The notes under the pieces: model-generated
Seen by the model: only the letters and a program-made list of their open reading frames with translations
Told to the model about the DNA's origin: nothing
The model's database searches: none
Translations under genes and position numbers: made by a program
Shown: positions 8,367-21,174 of the stretch, piece by piece
Layout: every line of letters starts with the position of its first letter
Numbering within the stretch: position 1 is the first letter of the stretch
Assembly (NCBI GenBank): GCA_013115125.1
Contig: JABANN010000169.1
Span: forward strand, 1 to 58,329
Reading direction: 5' to 3'
Length of the DNA stretch: 58,329 nt
From: Perkinsus olseni
Taxonomy: Eukaryota

Positions 8367-10879
8367 ATGATCGCCCCGAAAGCGACTATCTTGACCCTTT
8401 GCATCCACTTAACGACGATGGCGTTGTGGGCTGCCTCCCCCCCTCGCCGACGAAAACCCCTCGGCCGCATCAAGGTGGGTGGTCCAATCCATCAGCTGCT
8501 GTTCTATTTCGACGTCCTCTCCTGGATCTCTCAGGTGGGGCCTTTGAACAACGATGGGATCATGGAGTGTATCGCTGTCCGAGAAGGAGATCCAAACTCT
8601 CCTCTCCTCATCTTCCACATCGATCGAGTCAACAGGGGCATCGGCATCAGTACCGTCCGGTGTGGCAGCCACCGCTACGTTCAGTAAGTTGCCCTTCTCT
8701 TCATCCATCTGGCTTCCTCGCCGATCGACGACACAACAGTTCCTGTTTTCCCCTCTGGAATCTTTCAGCTGGCGTCTTTTCAATCCCCCTGTTCTGATCT
8801 CAGAATCGGTTTTCACACGAAAATTGCAGTTTGAACATCAATTTTGTGTCTTAGAATCAGTTTTGATCTGAACGTCCCCAATGTCTCACCTTACATTGAG
8901 GTACCCCTCCCACCATCGGGCCCTTCAGTTACCCTTATCAGCTCGACGACTTCGCTTCGGGAAGGCCGGCCTTACTGGAGCGGGTGGATGATGTCAATGC
9001 AGCCGGACTGATAGTAAAATCAACGCGTTGCCCGGTGGAGATAGGCGACCCCTTCATGCAGCGGAAGTATCAGCGGATTTTCCGGAAAATTTTCAACTTT
9101 TTGAGACTGGAACCCGCGGAGCGATGTGAAGCTGTTCTTATCGGACTTAAGTCGAGAATGGTGGGAGAGGAAGGCACTCATGAGCAGCTTCATGACGCGA
9201 TTTGCCTTCTTTACCTCGAGCTAACCGCCCCCTTAAGGACAGGTTAGTTGTGTATCATGATGTTCGCGATGTCGTTACTCACGCGATGATGTGCTGTTGG
9301 TCTTGTCAATGACGGGACAGGAGCGGTCCACTCGCGTCCTGCCATGGTGACGACCTCATTGGGGATCTTCTGAAGGCGCTCTCTTGCGATGGATGATCAA
9401 CGCCTGCTCGTACGGTGAAGTTTGGTAGCGTTTATGCTCGCATCACCACTGCGACCCTCCTGGACGGGTTGGCTCATCATCACTATCGGTCATCGCAGTG
9501 TTCTCCCACCCACTCCACCATCTAATGCACAGCCCCGTCCCCACCTGGAAGGTCTTCTGTTTGCTCATTAACTGCGCGGCGGCGCTCAAAGGCGGTGAGC
9601 CTAACCTCAAGTTGTCCTCCTTGGACTCCCAGAGCGCTATGGAGGTAGTGTCCGTCTTGTAGCTGATTTTTACATTTCCTGTCATCAGTTGCATGGAGAC
9701 CGCCGCGGGAATAACCTGATTCGATGCACTTGGTGGGAGCAAGGGAGGTCTCCAGACCTGGGGGAGGGTCTCGGCTTCCAGTTCTATGTGGACCAAGTCA
9801 ACGCGGGAATTGGGACTCGTTCTGTTCGTTGTTCGGGAGAGGACTTCAACTAGTAAGTGTCCAGTGGGATCCACTTGGTTAGGATGGACGTTGCTCAGCA
9901 ACGACTACCTACCTGCCATGTTCCAGCGAAGGATTCCGGCGTTTTCGGAAGACCATCCGGGCGTTACCGACCCCCTGATGCATGCCGACTTCCGCGGTCT
10001 GTTTGACGTCTCCTCCGATGGCTGGGAGGACCTCGAGCCAGTCGGAAAGTGCCGCGCTGCGCTTGAAGGGTTGAGGCGAAAGCTGGCCAGACATACCGGG
10101 AGTGATGAGGAACTTTTCAATGCGGTGTGCGTGAGGCATTCTATCATGTCCCTGTCTCTTGAGTAACGATGTTCGTGGAGCTGTTGTTGATGAGCATTCC
10201 ATGCCTTGCTTTCTAACCATCTTATATAGGTTTTCCCTCTCCTCCTGCCAGCTCCGTTCGGACACCCTCGTCCCTATTTCGTACCATGTTCGCCACTCCG
10301 AGAAGTGTACTGTGGGTGTGGCTCGTCATCCCCACCTGCGAAGCGGCGACCAAACTTGGAGGACCTGGCTTGACGGTAGCGTGAATCAGCTTCACTTCAT
10401 TGCTACCAAACCACGGTCAGCAGATGACTGGACAGCATCTGCCGAATGGCCTCACTCTCTGCACTTGGCGGGAGGAGAAACCACGCAAGGCTCTAGGCTA
10501 CACCTTCTACGTGGACCATATCAATGCTGGGATAGGTTCTCGCTCCGCGGGATGCCCAGGAAAAGGATATCGCTAGTAATAAGGGACGCCATTCAACCTC
10601 TCTTGAGCTGCTCCTCGTGCCAGTTACGATTATACTCTCTCTCATTTCTCCAACGGGGAGGCGACTACTATGGATGGTTCGCGTTATCGTCGGGACCCCC
10701 TCATGCAAGCCCGTTTCCATGGACTTTTCGATGCCCGCTCTGAGGCGTGGAGAAGTCTCACGCCGACGGCTAAGTGCTTGAAGGCTCTGGAGGGCTTGAG
10801 GAAGAGGCTGGCCCTCAGTACCTTCGCCGGGAATTACGAACTACTTGATGCCATGTGCCAGCTTCAACCTAAGATATGA
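8367..10879 (+). CDS. Secreted hypothetical protein(s) with three copies of a DP(L/F)M...C...GL...A.C module (one gene or three tandem paralogues)
   Basis: Signal-like MIAPKATILTLCIHLTTMALWA. Homologous segments at about 9047-9215, 9969-10130 and 10694-10860. The apparent stops at 9247 and 10166 coincide with GT donor sites. Confidence 0.6.
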
Positions 10880-13133
10880 TTCTCGTCATGTTGTTGTTCC
10901 CCGGCAAGTTGATGTCTGTGTATGCTTTATGCGTTTTTGTTTTGGGAGAAGCAGCAGCTGTCATTGCCCTTCTCCCAGTTCCCCTATGCGCCTTTCGCCA
11001 CTTGTCTTCCTTGAATGCTTCACACCAACCATCACTTATCCAGAGCAGCCGTCGATGACGCGAGAAACGAGGTATGAGAGAGTCTTTGATGTGACGCCAA
11101 GCCAGTGGCTTGAAGCCACCACGCTTAGGAGGACCGCGGTGGATGAGCAGCAGCATGTCCTGATTGGCGGTGACATGCTCCTACCATTGAGTTCGAACCG
11201 GACAGCCTCGAGAGTTGCTGATGAGGTGGTACTCGCCCGCCGTCCTTCCTAGTAGTCGGCCACTGAGCCCTTTACTCAGTAGAGCGATAATGCGTACACT
11301 GCTGTCCACATCAGCCCGGCCTGGTCCTGGTCCTCCTGGCCCGGTGGAATCATCAAGTGAGCCGCTCTCTCGCTGATCGACCTCACCACCCTCCAGTTAC
11401 ACCTTCCACCCGTACCTTCAACCCTGCGCCAGGTCTGCCTTCTACGCTGGGGCTTCGGTCTGGGAGAAGTAAGAGCTCAGCCACCAGTCTGATCGCAATG
11501 GATGGCCTGGCCAGACACACTTGTATTCGCTTCCAAGAACAGGAGTATACGCCGGACACGACGAGACTATTGCTGGTGAGCTGGGCGACGCTAATTCTCC
11601 GTAGCTCGTTAACGCAAACCGCTTGACTTTGAGGTGAAGTAATACTTGTCAAATATGTTATAGTATGCTAAGGAACGTAGCACAGCGGAAGACAGAAGAT
11701 GTGTCATGGCACAACGTGAACGGTACAACGGTCAGCAGGTGCAGAGTGAAGGCTCCAGCTGCTTCACCACTCTGGGCTACCATTTTGATAATATCCACAC
11801 TATTAATCTTGGCGACGGGTGTAATATTGAGCTTTCTAGCATCACATTCTGATCGATCGGGACAGGTACGAGTCTTGGTACCGTCATTCACGAGTTGGGC
11901 CATGCCATAGGGCTGCCTCATGTCCAGAACAGGCCAGTACTGTCCGCCCAGGATCGTTTTAGGAGAGTCTTGATGCTGCAGGATCGTGACGCTTATGTCG
12001 ATATACTTTGGGGTAACATAGTGCAAGACAAGGAGAAGAACTTCTTTCGGCTGGATAGCGTCCGAAGTCCGTGGCTGAGTGCGGTGAGGGGTGAGCAGGG
12101 CATCGACCTCGGCCCAAGTGGCAGTGGGAGTCCCAGGCACGGTGTACGACTACGAGTCAATCATGCACTATGGCGAGTGCGAATTCAGTGTGAGTAGTGG
12201 GGAGTGCGCCGCTATGGGTCGGCAGTCGAGGAGCAGGTTACCAGCAAGGATTCTCCGTGTGATCCGACCGTCCTCACGCTACAGCCTGAGTAGGGCGGAG
12301 GATGACTGCGAAAGGAGGGAGGCGGTCGTGGTGATCAGATGGCGGCATTCGATCGGGCAGCGGCAGTCCCTTTCTGAGGCGGACATCGCCATCGTTAATG
12401 ACATATATGCCTGTGAAGCGACCTGTGCGGATGGAATCTTGAATCAGCTTGAGTAAGTCTTGCCTTTAGAGCATCTTTCCCTTCGGTGGCGAGAGGCAGG
12501 CTACGGATCTAAGTGGAGACATCGCGTGCTGTGAACGACCTTCGAACTCATCTCGTTATGAACTTTCTTTCTGCTCCATTCCGACGTTGTCGTAACCTGG
12601 GTCTGCGACCTGGAGAGGCCTGTCGTACGACAAACCTTCCGATGCTGTTCTCCTTTTTGAGCACTCGAAGCTTTCCTGGAGCCATAAGAAGCATCGTTGG
12701 GAGGCAATAAGGCGGCCCGTGTCGCAACCCTCTGTAGGTTCGATATCGACTGTGGTGGACAGAGCTGTCGGAAAGACTGCGCTGACCCCACCGGTGAGGC
12801 CTCTCCCCTCCAACCGTCATCATGAATATCTGATAGACGACGGCCTCGCTAAGATAGACGTGGAAGTGTGCGGCTCGACAGGCGGTTCCTCCTGGTGGTT
12901 GTGGATCCTCGCTGGTACGTCGTCAGCGTTCAAGGCCGTTGTTACGCGCCTTTCGGTCTGAGTCAGCGGTGGGTGGTATCATTACCTTGGTGACCATCTG
13001 CTTCCTGGTTGACCGAGCTGTTCGAGGTGGCAAGTCGGCGTTCGACGGTGATGGACTGATGTATGCGGAGGACTACGAGGACGACGAGGAAGAGGAGTGT
13101 GGCGTAGACGAGGAGGGCGAAGGGGAGGAGTAG
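10876..13133 (+). CDS. Astacin-family (M12A) zinc metalloprotease with C-terminal membrane anchor, multi-exon
   Basis: GDMLL propeptide motif, WPGG, TCIRF, HELGHAIGLPH..RPDRD, YDYESIMHY (Met-turn), IGQRQSLSEADI; hydrophobic WWLWIL/GGIITLVTICFLV segment followed by an acidic tail. The start may be 10912. Confidence 0.92.
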
Positions 13134-13258
13134 CGCGTCGCTTCTAGCGGCCGTTAGAGCAAGTTCTCTTCAGGATTTACTCGAGCTCTTCCCCGTACAG
13201 CGACAGTTTGTATGGGAGGGACAGTCCTTGTGACACCGGACGAGCTGACCAGCGCAAC

Positions 13259-13880
13259 ATGACCTTCTTCAGTATTATTCGCTCACACGCCGTCTTTGGC
13301 TGCAGTGGCTGGTAGCAGGTCGTCGACTGGAGTATTCCCCTAACAGCATGGTCCAAGATTAGTGTCCGGTAATGATCGTACTGTGAATGCAGCCGCCGCA
13401 GTCTCGTTTCGAATGAAGCTCACGCCCGATGTTGCCGTGGTACATGAGGACGAGTAACTTCTGTGTTGGTCAATGCTTGGGGTGCCTTCTGGGTGGGAAG
13501 TATTCCTGCTACTGGGTGACCCTATCGAGGTGACCACCAGTGGCGGCCTATGAAGGGAACAGGCATGTAGTTGATGATTGAGAGCCGCCGCGTTCTGCTG
13601 CGTCACTACTGCGTAGGGACCTCGTCTCTCGGCCCCAGCGGATACACTAAAGTGTCTTTTCGAGGGAGTAATCCTCACAACTGTAGAATTGAGGTCGTCG
13701 CGGGGATTTGGCCGGATGCTCACAACGATGATGTCTGCTTTTCCTTATCTATTCCTACCCATCATGGCATACATCATCAAGAGAGCTGTGCAGCACAGCG
13801 TCTTCTTGCCTGAGAGCGAGAGGCCTCCACCAGGGGTGAAGCCTGGACAGGATCTCAAAACCCCACCCCAGGATATGTAA
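13259..13880 (+). CDS. Small hypothetical membrane protein, multi-exon
   Basis: Last exon encodes hydrophobic MMSAFPYLFLPIMAYII followed by a Pro-rich tail. Upstream exons are tentative. Confidence 0.35.
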
Positions 13881-13884
13881 AGAA

Positions 13885-15109
13885 TGACGCTTCCTCGGAG
13901 AGATGGTGATCATTCGGGTTCAGAACAACAACCTACACGACAGCAGCCTCCGCTAGACAGCCCGACCACACCTACTTGCGGCACACTACTTTCACGGACG
14001 CATCCGAGTAGGTGGCCGTTATAGGAGAATGGGGGTCCTTGCATGGCCCTTCTTAGATACGGAAAGTGCTTTGCAAATGTCACCAAAATGGACTGCGTTG
14101 TCCAACGGAAGGACCTAGCGGAAAGATACCACCAACGGCGGTAGGACAAGAGAATCTTAACTCGCCTCTAGCTTCACGCAAAACAGGGAGCGCAAGGCGA
14201 AACGATCCGACCAACTGTCCGAAGGGGCCACCAGCTTCGACCAGAAGGCCCACGAGCTCTCGAGCGCCAGCCACTGGACGGTATCCCTGCCGTCATCTCC
14301 GCCACTTTGGTTGAACTTCTTCTCAGACCTCTTATCGTGCTGATTTCATTGAGGCCCGGAGAGAGGGTGACTGGTCTATTGCCGAAACAAAACCTCAAGT
14401 TAGGGGAGGAATCACGGCTGTCGTACCTGTCAGGTGATAGAGGTGTATCATCAATAAATGACAAGAGATCAACGGTGGTGCGTTCAGATGCGTTACTGAG
14501 GACACCGGCATCTCCTCCTTCACTGAGCGCTTTGGGGAGTATGGAAGCGCTCCGAGAGACCTGATCGCAGAGTGGGTTTAAACGGCGGCTGGGAGAGGTT
14601 ATGTCGTTCTCTTGATAGCCCGAATGCAGCACAGTTGCCAGTGAAGATAACAGCTCTTGAAGACGGAACTACGAAAGGTGGGGCCTTTAGGAGGTCTGTG
14701 ATGAAAGTGGAATCGCTGCTGCCTTTAGGGAAGGCGCACGTTCCCGGTTACCAAGGTTTCATACCGTCCAACGTCCGCAACCCTTCTGTAAGGACGGTCT
14801 GTGTATGACCGCGGATCTCTTCCGCTCAGGTCGTCTCTCAAGCTCTCGGGGAAGATACCAGACAAACCATAGACAAAACGACCATGACTGAGATATACCA
14901 TCAGAATGTGCCCGGCTATGGTGGACACCTTCCCACTGGTACTACCTTAGGGTGGCGGGCACTCTCCGCTGGGGCGCAGGAACTCCCCGTTTTCAGAATC
15001 TAAGAACGACAAGGGGCCGCGGCAGCTCACAACGTCAACCATTTTCGGTTCTGATTATGCCGTGAAGGACTTCAGCAAGAGTGAGGAATCTTCGGATCAT
15101 TCACGCTGA
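13885..15109 (+). CDS. FAM166/CIMIP2-like PGY-repeat (ciliary microtubule inner) protein, multi-exon; ends approximate
   Basis: HVPGYQGFIP (about 14738), CPGYGGHLP (about 14908), and RYGKCFAN and TIFGSDY segments typical of PGYxGxxP...(F/Y)G repeats. Confidence 0.55.
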
Positions 15110-17324
15110 CTCTGGTGCCTGGGTTATAATTGCCATGCAAGAGATGTTGCCCTGTCTGTGGATGCCCAGCTGTTGCTTCAGTGGCTCTCAATAGACACCA
15201 TAGGCACTGGCTCTGTGTTGCTGGTCGTTCTCATCCCTTCGATCATCATGGTTATTGTTAAAGTTCCCTCTCTCCTGCCTCGAAGAGATTCTCGCGGGTG
15301 TGGCGGCATTGCCCGTCCATGTCATGGACAAGAGGCCGGCTCTCGTTTGTGCTTGGCAGTGTCCTTAGCGTCACTTAGACAGACAAGACGCATCGAATGG
15401 CGGAATGCCTGCATCGCCTTGGCAACTTGGAGCCCTTTGCACGGTCTACCTAACACAATTGAACTGTGTGTTGAACACTGTGTTCGCTAGCTTCGTTAAA
15501 CTAGCGTCCTGTTATTAACATATTTAGCCTATTAGCCTGTTCTCTTAATGTTGCGTCCTACCACTACATTCTCCACGAACGAGATCAGGTACATTGGCTG
15601 CCATCAGCGGCACGGTAGTGTGGATAGCGTACGCGCTTGAGGAGTTTGACTCGCTAAAGAATTATCAGCGAATCACTGAGAGCGATTTGAGGTAAGCGTG
15701 GATCAGAGGCATCTCAAGCAGTGCGCCAGTTCACGAGCCGGAAATGCCGCACACCATCCGGGCTCCGGATGCTGGTGTATGTGACACGTCGAACCCCTTC
15801 TTTGATACCTTTAGTCTTTGAGGCTCTGGAGCTGGTCGTGAGTTTCCCTACGCTCTAAGAGAGAGGAGCTAGCTTATATCCTGCCCACTGTACCGCCAGT
15901 GCAGCGGCAAGTAAGTAGTAACACTCGCGCTGGTTGACTCAACAACACCTGGGATGGACAGAAATTCTGTCACGGAATGATTGAGTGCAGTGAGAATTGA
16001 AGCTTCTTACACTCATTCCCAGCGTGACCTACAGCGCGATCTGGATATGGTGGGGATCCTTGGCAGGGTGCATGTACAGCCAATGGTGACCAGTGAGAGT
16101 CTTTTGTACCTAGCATGGCCCTCCTCATCATGTATTCTAGGGTGGAGAATCTCGGCCGTTGAACTTCTCGTCTCCGTGATAGGACAAGGTGCGGGACTCC
16201 ACCGACGTCGGTGAGGTCGACAGGACCTTACAGCGGCAGTGAGGGCAGCGCGAAGGTGAACTATGCGAACGCTGGAAGCCATGCTACAAGTGGCCATCGT
16301 GTTTCGGAAGTCTCCTCTAAGAGAACTCGGTTTAAAAGAATATGAATGCGTCAGGAGGGCGACGCTCACGTACTGAAACCGTTATCGAGCACCCAACGGC
16401 CCAACGAGGTGCCGCGGTAACGAGCGTGTCCCTTTCTTGAGCACTTCGTGGGGACAGCGTGATATGGCATCTCCCCAATCCGGTTTTAGCCAAGATAAAT
16501 CACAGTGGTTTGTGACCGAGTGACTCGGTCACTCAATGTTCGCTCAGCAAGTTACTCCGCTTTGAGCGCTAAACTCGCGGAGAAAGCCTTGTTGAACAGT
16601 TATGGGAACTTTCTCGAGGTGCTGCGACGTAGCGAATCCATTTGGCGCGCTTTTCCACTTCATAGGCGCTTTGGCTAGAGAGGAATAATTTTTGTGCACC
16701 ATACCAGCTATGGGACACAACCTATGGCCATTGAGGTCACATTGCTCGCCCACAGCAGAAACGACTAGAAGATGTGGTGCGTGACCGATGTATATCTATG
16801 ATATTCAAGAAGAGTAATTAAGGGTTTGATGATCAGAGTAATTGCATTCGTAGTGTCTATCCAGTCCTTTTGTGCATCTCTCTCCAATATCGAGTTCGTC
16901 AAGCAACAACCAGGGGCAGGGATTGCCACAGTATCGTTTTATCTGTAAGCATGTAAATTTATGTACACCCGAAAAGACCCGATTTCATATTAAGCGTCAG
17001 GCCCTGACGGGCAGGGCGCCATGGCCAACACACCCGACTGAACGCGGCAGATAAACAGCCCAGACTTAAAGGTCTCTTATGAGATGAATTTTGTTGAAAC
17101 ATAGTTTATGGTATTAGCTGAATGGTCTCTACCTGATAGTATCTCCCACAGAGCTCCAGCATGAAGCTCCGTTACATTGTATCACGCAGCCACGGTAGAG
17201 AGAGTGAACGCCCATTTTCATTCAATATATCAAACTTTTTATTAAAAAGTCGTCAAGGAAGGCCAGCGTTGTCACACGCGTAGTAGTTCAATGTATTATG
17301 ATCATTGGACTGATCTTCACGCGC

Positions 17325-19413
17325 CTAGAGTGCGCGACACCGCATCGTCAGAACCAAGTCCTTAGGGCATGTCGTTAACGCGTTTTCGAACATAGTGGAG
17401 ACGACCTGATCGTCGAGGAGGCGGAAATTGTCGAAGTTTCGCAGCAGGAGAGCAGCGTTGCATAGGAGCTCTCTGATCGCCAGATGCCTTCCCGGGCACT
17501 GTCTCGGGCCACAGCCGAACCCAATAAACTCCAATCGCTTCTCGTCTATCGAATCGCCACTTGGCGTCAACCAACGCTCGGGCCTGACCAATAAGGAGGC
17601 CTCCCACACCGCGACATAAGTACCTCGTGCAAGTTGTACAAGATAGTGCCTTCCCCCTACATGAACTTCTCGCCTTCTTCATAACTCTCCCGCATCATCT
17701 GGCCAATCGGGAAGATGAGTCGAGTGCCGGCTTTCACCACCTTTCCTGCTACTTCACAGTCGACAAGGGCTCCATTGATGCTGACTGGTACGGAGGGATT
17801 GAGCTGAGAACGTTCGATGTATTCGACGAACGATTCAATCACCAAAGTTGGAAATTCCTACTTGGAGTCACCTCAGACTTACTCTAAGAGTCTCCAGAGC
17901 ACACGCCTCAATGAAGGGCATGCTACGGATAGATTCAACTGATAGTTCTTCAAACGAGTCTGCTTCTCTCCTTGCTCTCTGTTGGATCTCCGGATGAAGA
18001 CACAAATTCGACAGCAGCCACGACATGGCGCTGGCGGTGGTCTCTGCCCCAGCACCGAGGTACCTTGGAGAATATGGGTCAGTACCACCACTCCGCTATT
18101 GACAGTACCATACTGATAACATTGAAGTTCAATGATCGAACCGCCTTACATGACAAGCGTATGTGCAAGTTCTTCTTCGCTGAATTCCCTTCCTGCACTA
18201 TCCGGGAGGCTTTTGCACACATGAGGGCGATCCAGCCCATCCCTCGCGCGCCGACGGATGGCGTCTACTATTTTTGACTCGATACGTCGGCAACGCTGCG
18301 CGAACTGATGAACACAGTGTTCCTCAGGCGAGCACCGCTGCAAACTTACCTCTCTAACTCCGGGGAATACTAGTCGATAGAAGAAGCGGTCGTGGTAGAA
18401 GACACAAGAGGGGTTAAGAGTTAGCATGAAGGCATCGCTGATGAGGCTCCAGATCTCATCTTGCATCTCATCGGTGTAAAGTGGATCTGAAAAGCATCAT
18501 GGACGCTCATGAGACGAGTAACCCAACTGCGACCTTCAGAAAGGATTGGGTCGTCCTCGCCCATGTAGACGGCTGAGGCCACTCTCGCAGCACACAGTTG
18601 GAGGTCTCTCACAGGGCGCCATACGATGCGTCCCTCGCGGACAGCAGATTCTTTGAGTCTTCTAATCTGCAACCCAAAGGCTTCGCCGACACAGCTTGAG
18701 GAGCTCCGACCCACCAAATCTTGCGCAGTGCCGCTAATCATGGGCAAGAGTTTGTCCAAGTTGGTCTCCATCAGTGGACGTGACGATATTCTTCGGTGCT
18801 TCTTCCACAAGTCGCCCTCACTCATAGCCATATTGACACCATCCATGATATTCGCAAAGTCGGGTGCGCTGAACTCTCTCGGCCTCCTCTTCATGACGCT
18901 TCGGTAGGTTGGGACGTCGGACACTACTAGCACTTGGCGAGTCGGTGTCCTGCAGAGACGGTATCTCCTTATCACAACAGAATGCCCATAAAGAGAGTCT
19001 GTGGGGCTCACTTTCACGATGCGGATGCCAAGACTCACTTGAAGCAACATATCTTCCCAAACTTCCGTGGCAAGGTCATGAGTTCTTTGAACTGATCTTC
19101 TGTTGACATGAGAGCGAGTCGGAAGACGAAGCTCATCTGAGAGAGTCAGGAACTGGCTTCAAGCGATCTCGCTAGCTCTTCCTAGTTTGCAAAGGAGCCG
19201 GACGTGCACCCAACCATTCTACGGTAGAATTTCTACCCCGGGTCCCGGGAACGGTGTCCGCTCAAACATTCTCTTGACCGCCTTCAACACCTTCAGCCCA
19301 ATAACGCCAGCTGCAGCGGCAATGATTACAGATGACAGATTAAGAGGCGGATAAATCTGCCCGTGCAGCGACCTTGGGAGTGAAGTTCTGAAAGAGCGTA
19401 GGAGCGCTGCCAT
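17325..19413 (-). CDS. Cytochrome P450, multi-exon
   Basis: N-terminal anchor plus PFPGP, WKKHRR, I-helix AGAETTA, K-helix ETLR, PERW, heme motif FGCGPRQCPG. Confidence 0.95.
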
Positions 19414-21174
19414 TGATTGGGCTGCTTCTCAACTGCAAGGGTTATTTCTGGTGGATTCGCCAAACTCATAACTCAATCCCATGCGAATGCGGAATCATGT
19501 TTAAGCTAGTTACTCTAGCCTAGAGTAGACAGGGAGTGCCGCGTCAGGACTGCAGCTGCAATGTTTCGAGAGACGCATGGAAGGGGTCATCCCAGAGTGT
19601 CCTCTCTGCTGCCACAGCAAACTTGAATCTGCTGGATCGTCTTCGCCCCGCAGAGCTGCTGGCCGCCGTCGCAGCTGGTCTCGACGCATGCATGCATTGG
19701 CAAGCTGTGTCCCCGGCGCCCGCCTGCTCTTGTCTACCCGATGTAGAGACGAGCCGGATCGAGTCGCACTCGCACTGAGCAGAGTCTGAAGCTTGTAGAC
19801 CAGTGACTCGCTGTCGCCGAGTGTCGAGGGCGGACTCACGACTCGTGAGTCACGAGTTGAACCCTGAGCTTGAGCAGGAACGCTCTGATCACTCCACTAA
19901 GGATCGACGCCCCATACGATGTGTATGGGGCCCACGGCGCAGTTTGTATGAGCGCACCCTCCCTCACAACCCTTCTGCTGTCACTTCGAAGACCCGTGCG
20001 CTGTGTTGCCTCCCATCCCCAATTTATGGTGGTGCGACCCGCACCGTGTGGAAGGCTTTGTTTTTCCATTACCGAGCTCGCTACCCCTCCGTTACTTTAA
20101 GAGCTTCAAGAGCTTTGAGAGGCTGCTTATGTGCCTGCGTGCGGCGCTGTACTCAAGTGTACGCCACTGGCCTGTCCACTGGCAAACCCTCCAGCGCCTA
20201 GCCCTTCAATCTCACCAAAGAACGTAATGGAGGCGCACACTGCTCGGGAGCGATGGCTGTCGAGGCAGTGTTTCTCCTCTGAATCAGAGGCTGAGCCCCC
20301 GAAGCTAAGACCAGTTTACTGTATCTCAGCGCGAGTTTCGTGTCCCGTGACGACAGGTACGTCATCACCCTGCCAACCTCCCAGTCCTCGGCGGGTTAAG
20401 AGATTTCGCAAGTTTTGGAACTCATTAGTCGAGAACAACTAAATAACGGAGTTAGCTCGCTAGCTGAGTCCCTCACCGAAATCGCGGACCTATTCGGGAA
20501 GGTTTGTGATGACACCGATAGGTCAACGTACTACCCTGTTCCTATGATAATTACTAACTATTAGTTAGGCTGCCCTGGCACACAGTCAGTTAGTCAGCAT
20601 GTTGGGAGCGTAAGCGATGCGAACAAGTAAGTTATAGACCCTATCATATGGTTTTTCCATCATAGTGAACTACGTAATACTCGTCTTGCGCCCATCATGG
20701 GATTGGTTTTGTCACCCAATGTTGGAAGACCGGATATTTCCTGTCACCCGGATGAGTAGTGCTTCCGCCTAGCGATTAGCGGATCAATCGACACCAAGTG
20801 GAGGCTGCCAACATTCTCACCAAGTAGCAAAATGATTATTCGCAGTGTCATTAAGACTCCGTCGCATTGTTCCTTGAGCTGGGCTACGTTAAGCCTTCGA
20901 TTCTTCCATTTCACTGTTGTTGAATATATTCTCTGTCTGCTCTCTCTGAAGAAGAGTTTCGAGTTCAGTACAACCCTATGTCCCAAATAACCCGTCCTAC
21001 TATCAAGAACTCGAAAACGCCTCCCAAGGAAACTAGATGTCCACTACTGAGTTATGTATGCGTAAGCGTATGATAAGAGATTGAGAAGATGGCAATAATG
21101 CCATGATGCTCATGATCCGATCATCGAAGGTGAAGGATCCAAGCTGAATCTTGTGTAGACTATTGGATGAGTGT

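Noticed and set aside
8409-8816. 135-aa minus-strand ORF
   Set aside because: Antisense shadow of the plus-strand signal-peptide exon.
15548-16400. Possible small multi-exon membrane protein gene
   Set aside because: One plausible exon, but I could not build a consistent frame or assign a family.
19500-21100. Multiple overlapping ORFs between the P450s
   Set aside because: No coherent gene model, transposase or reverse-transcriptase motif recognised.
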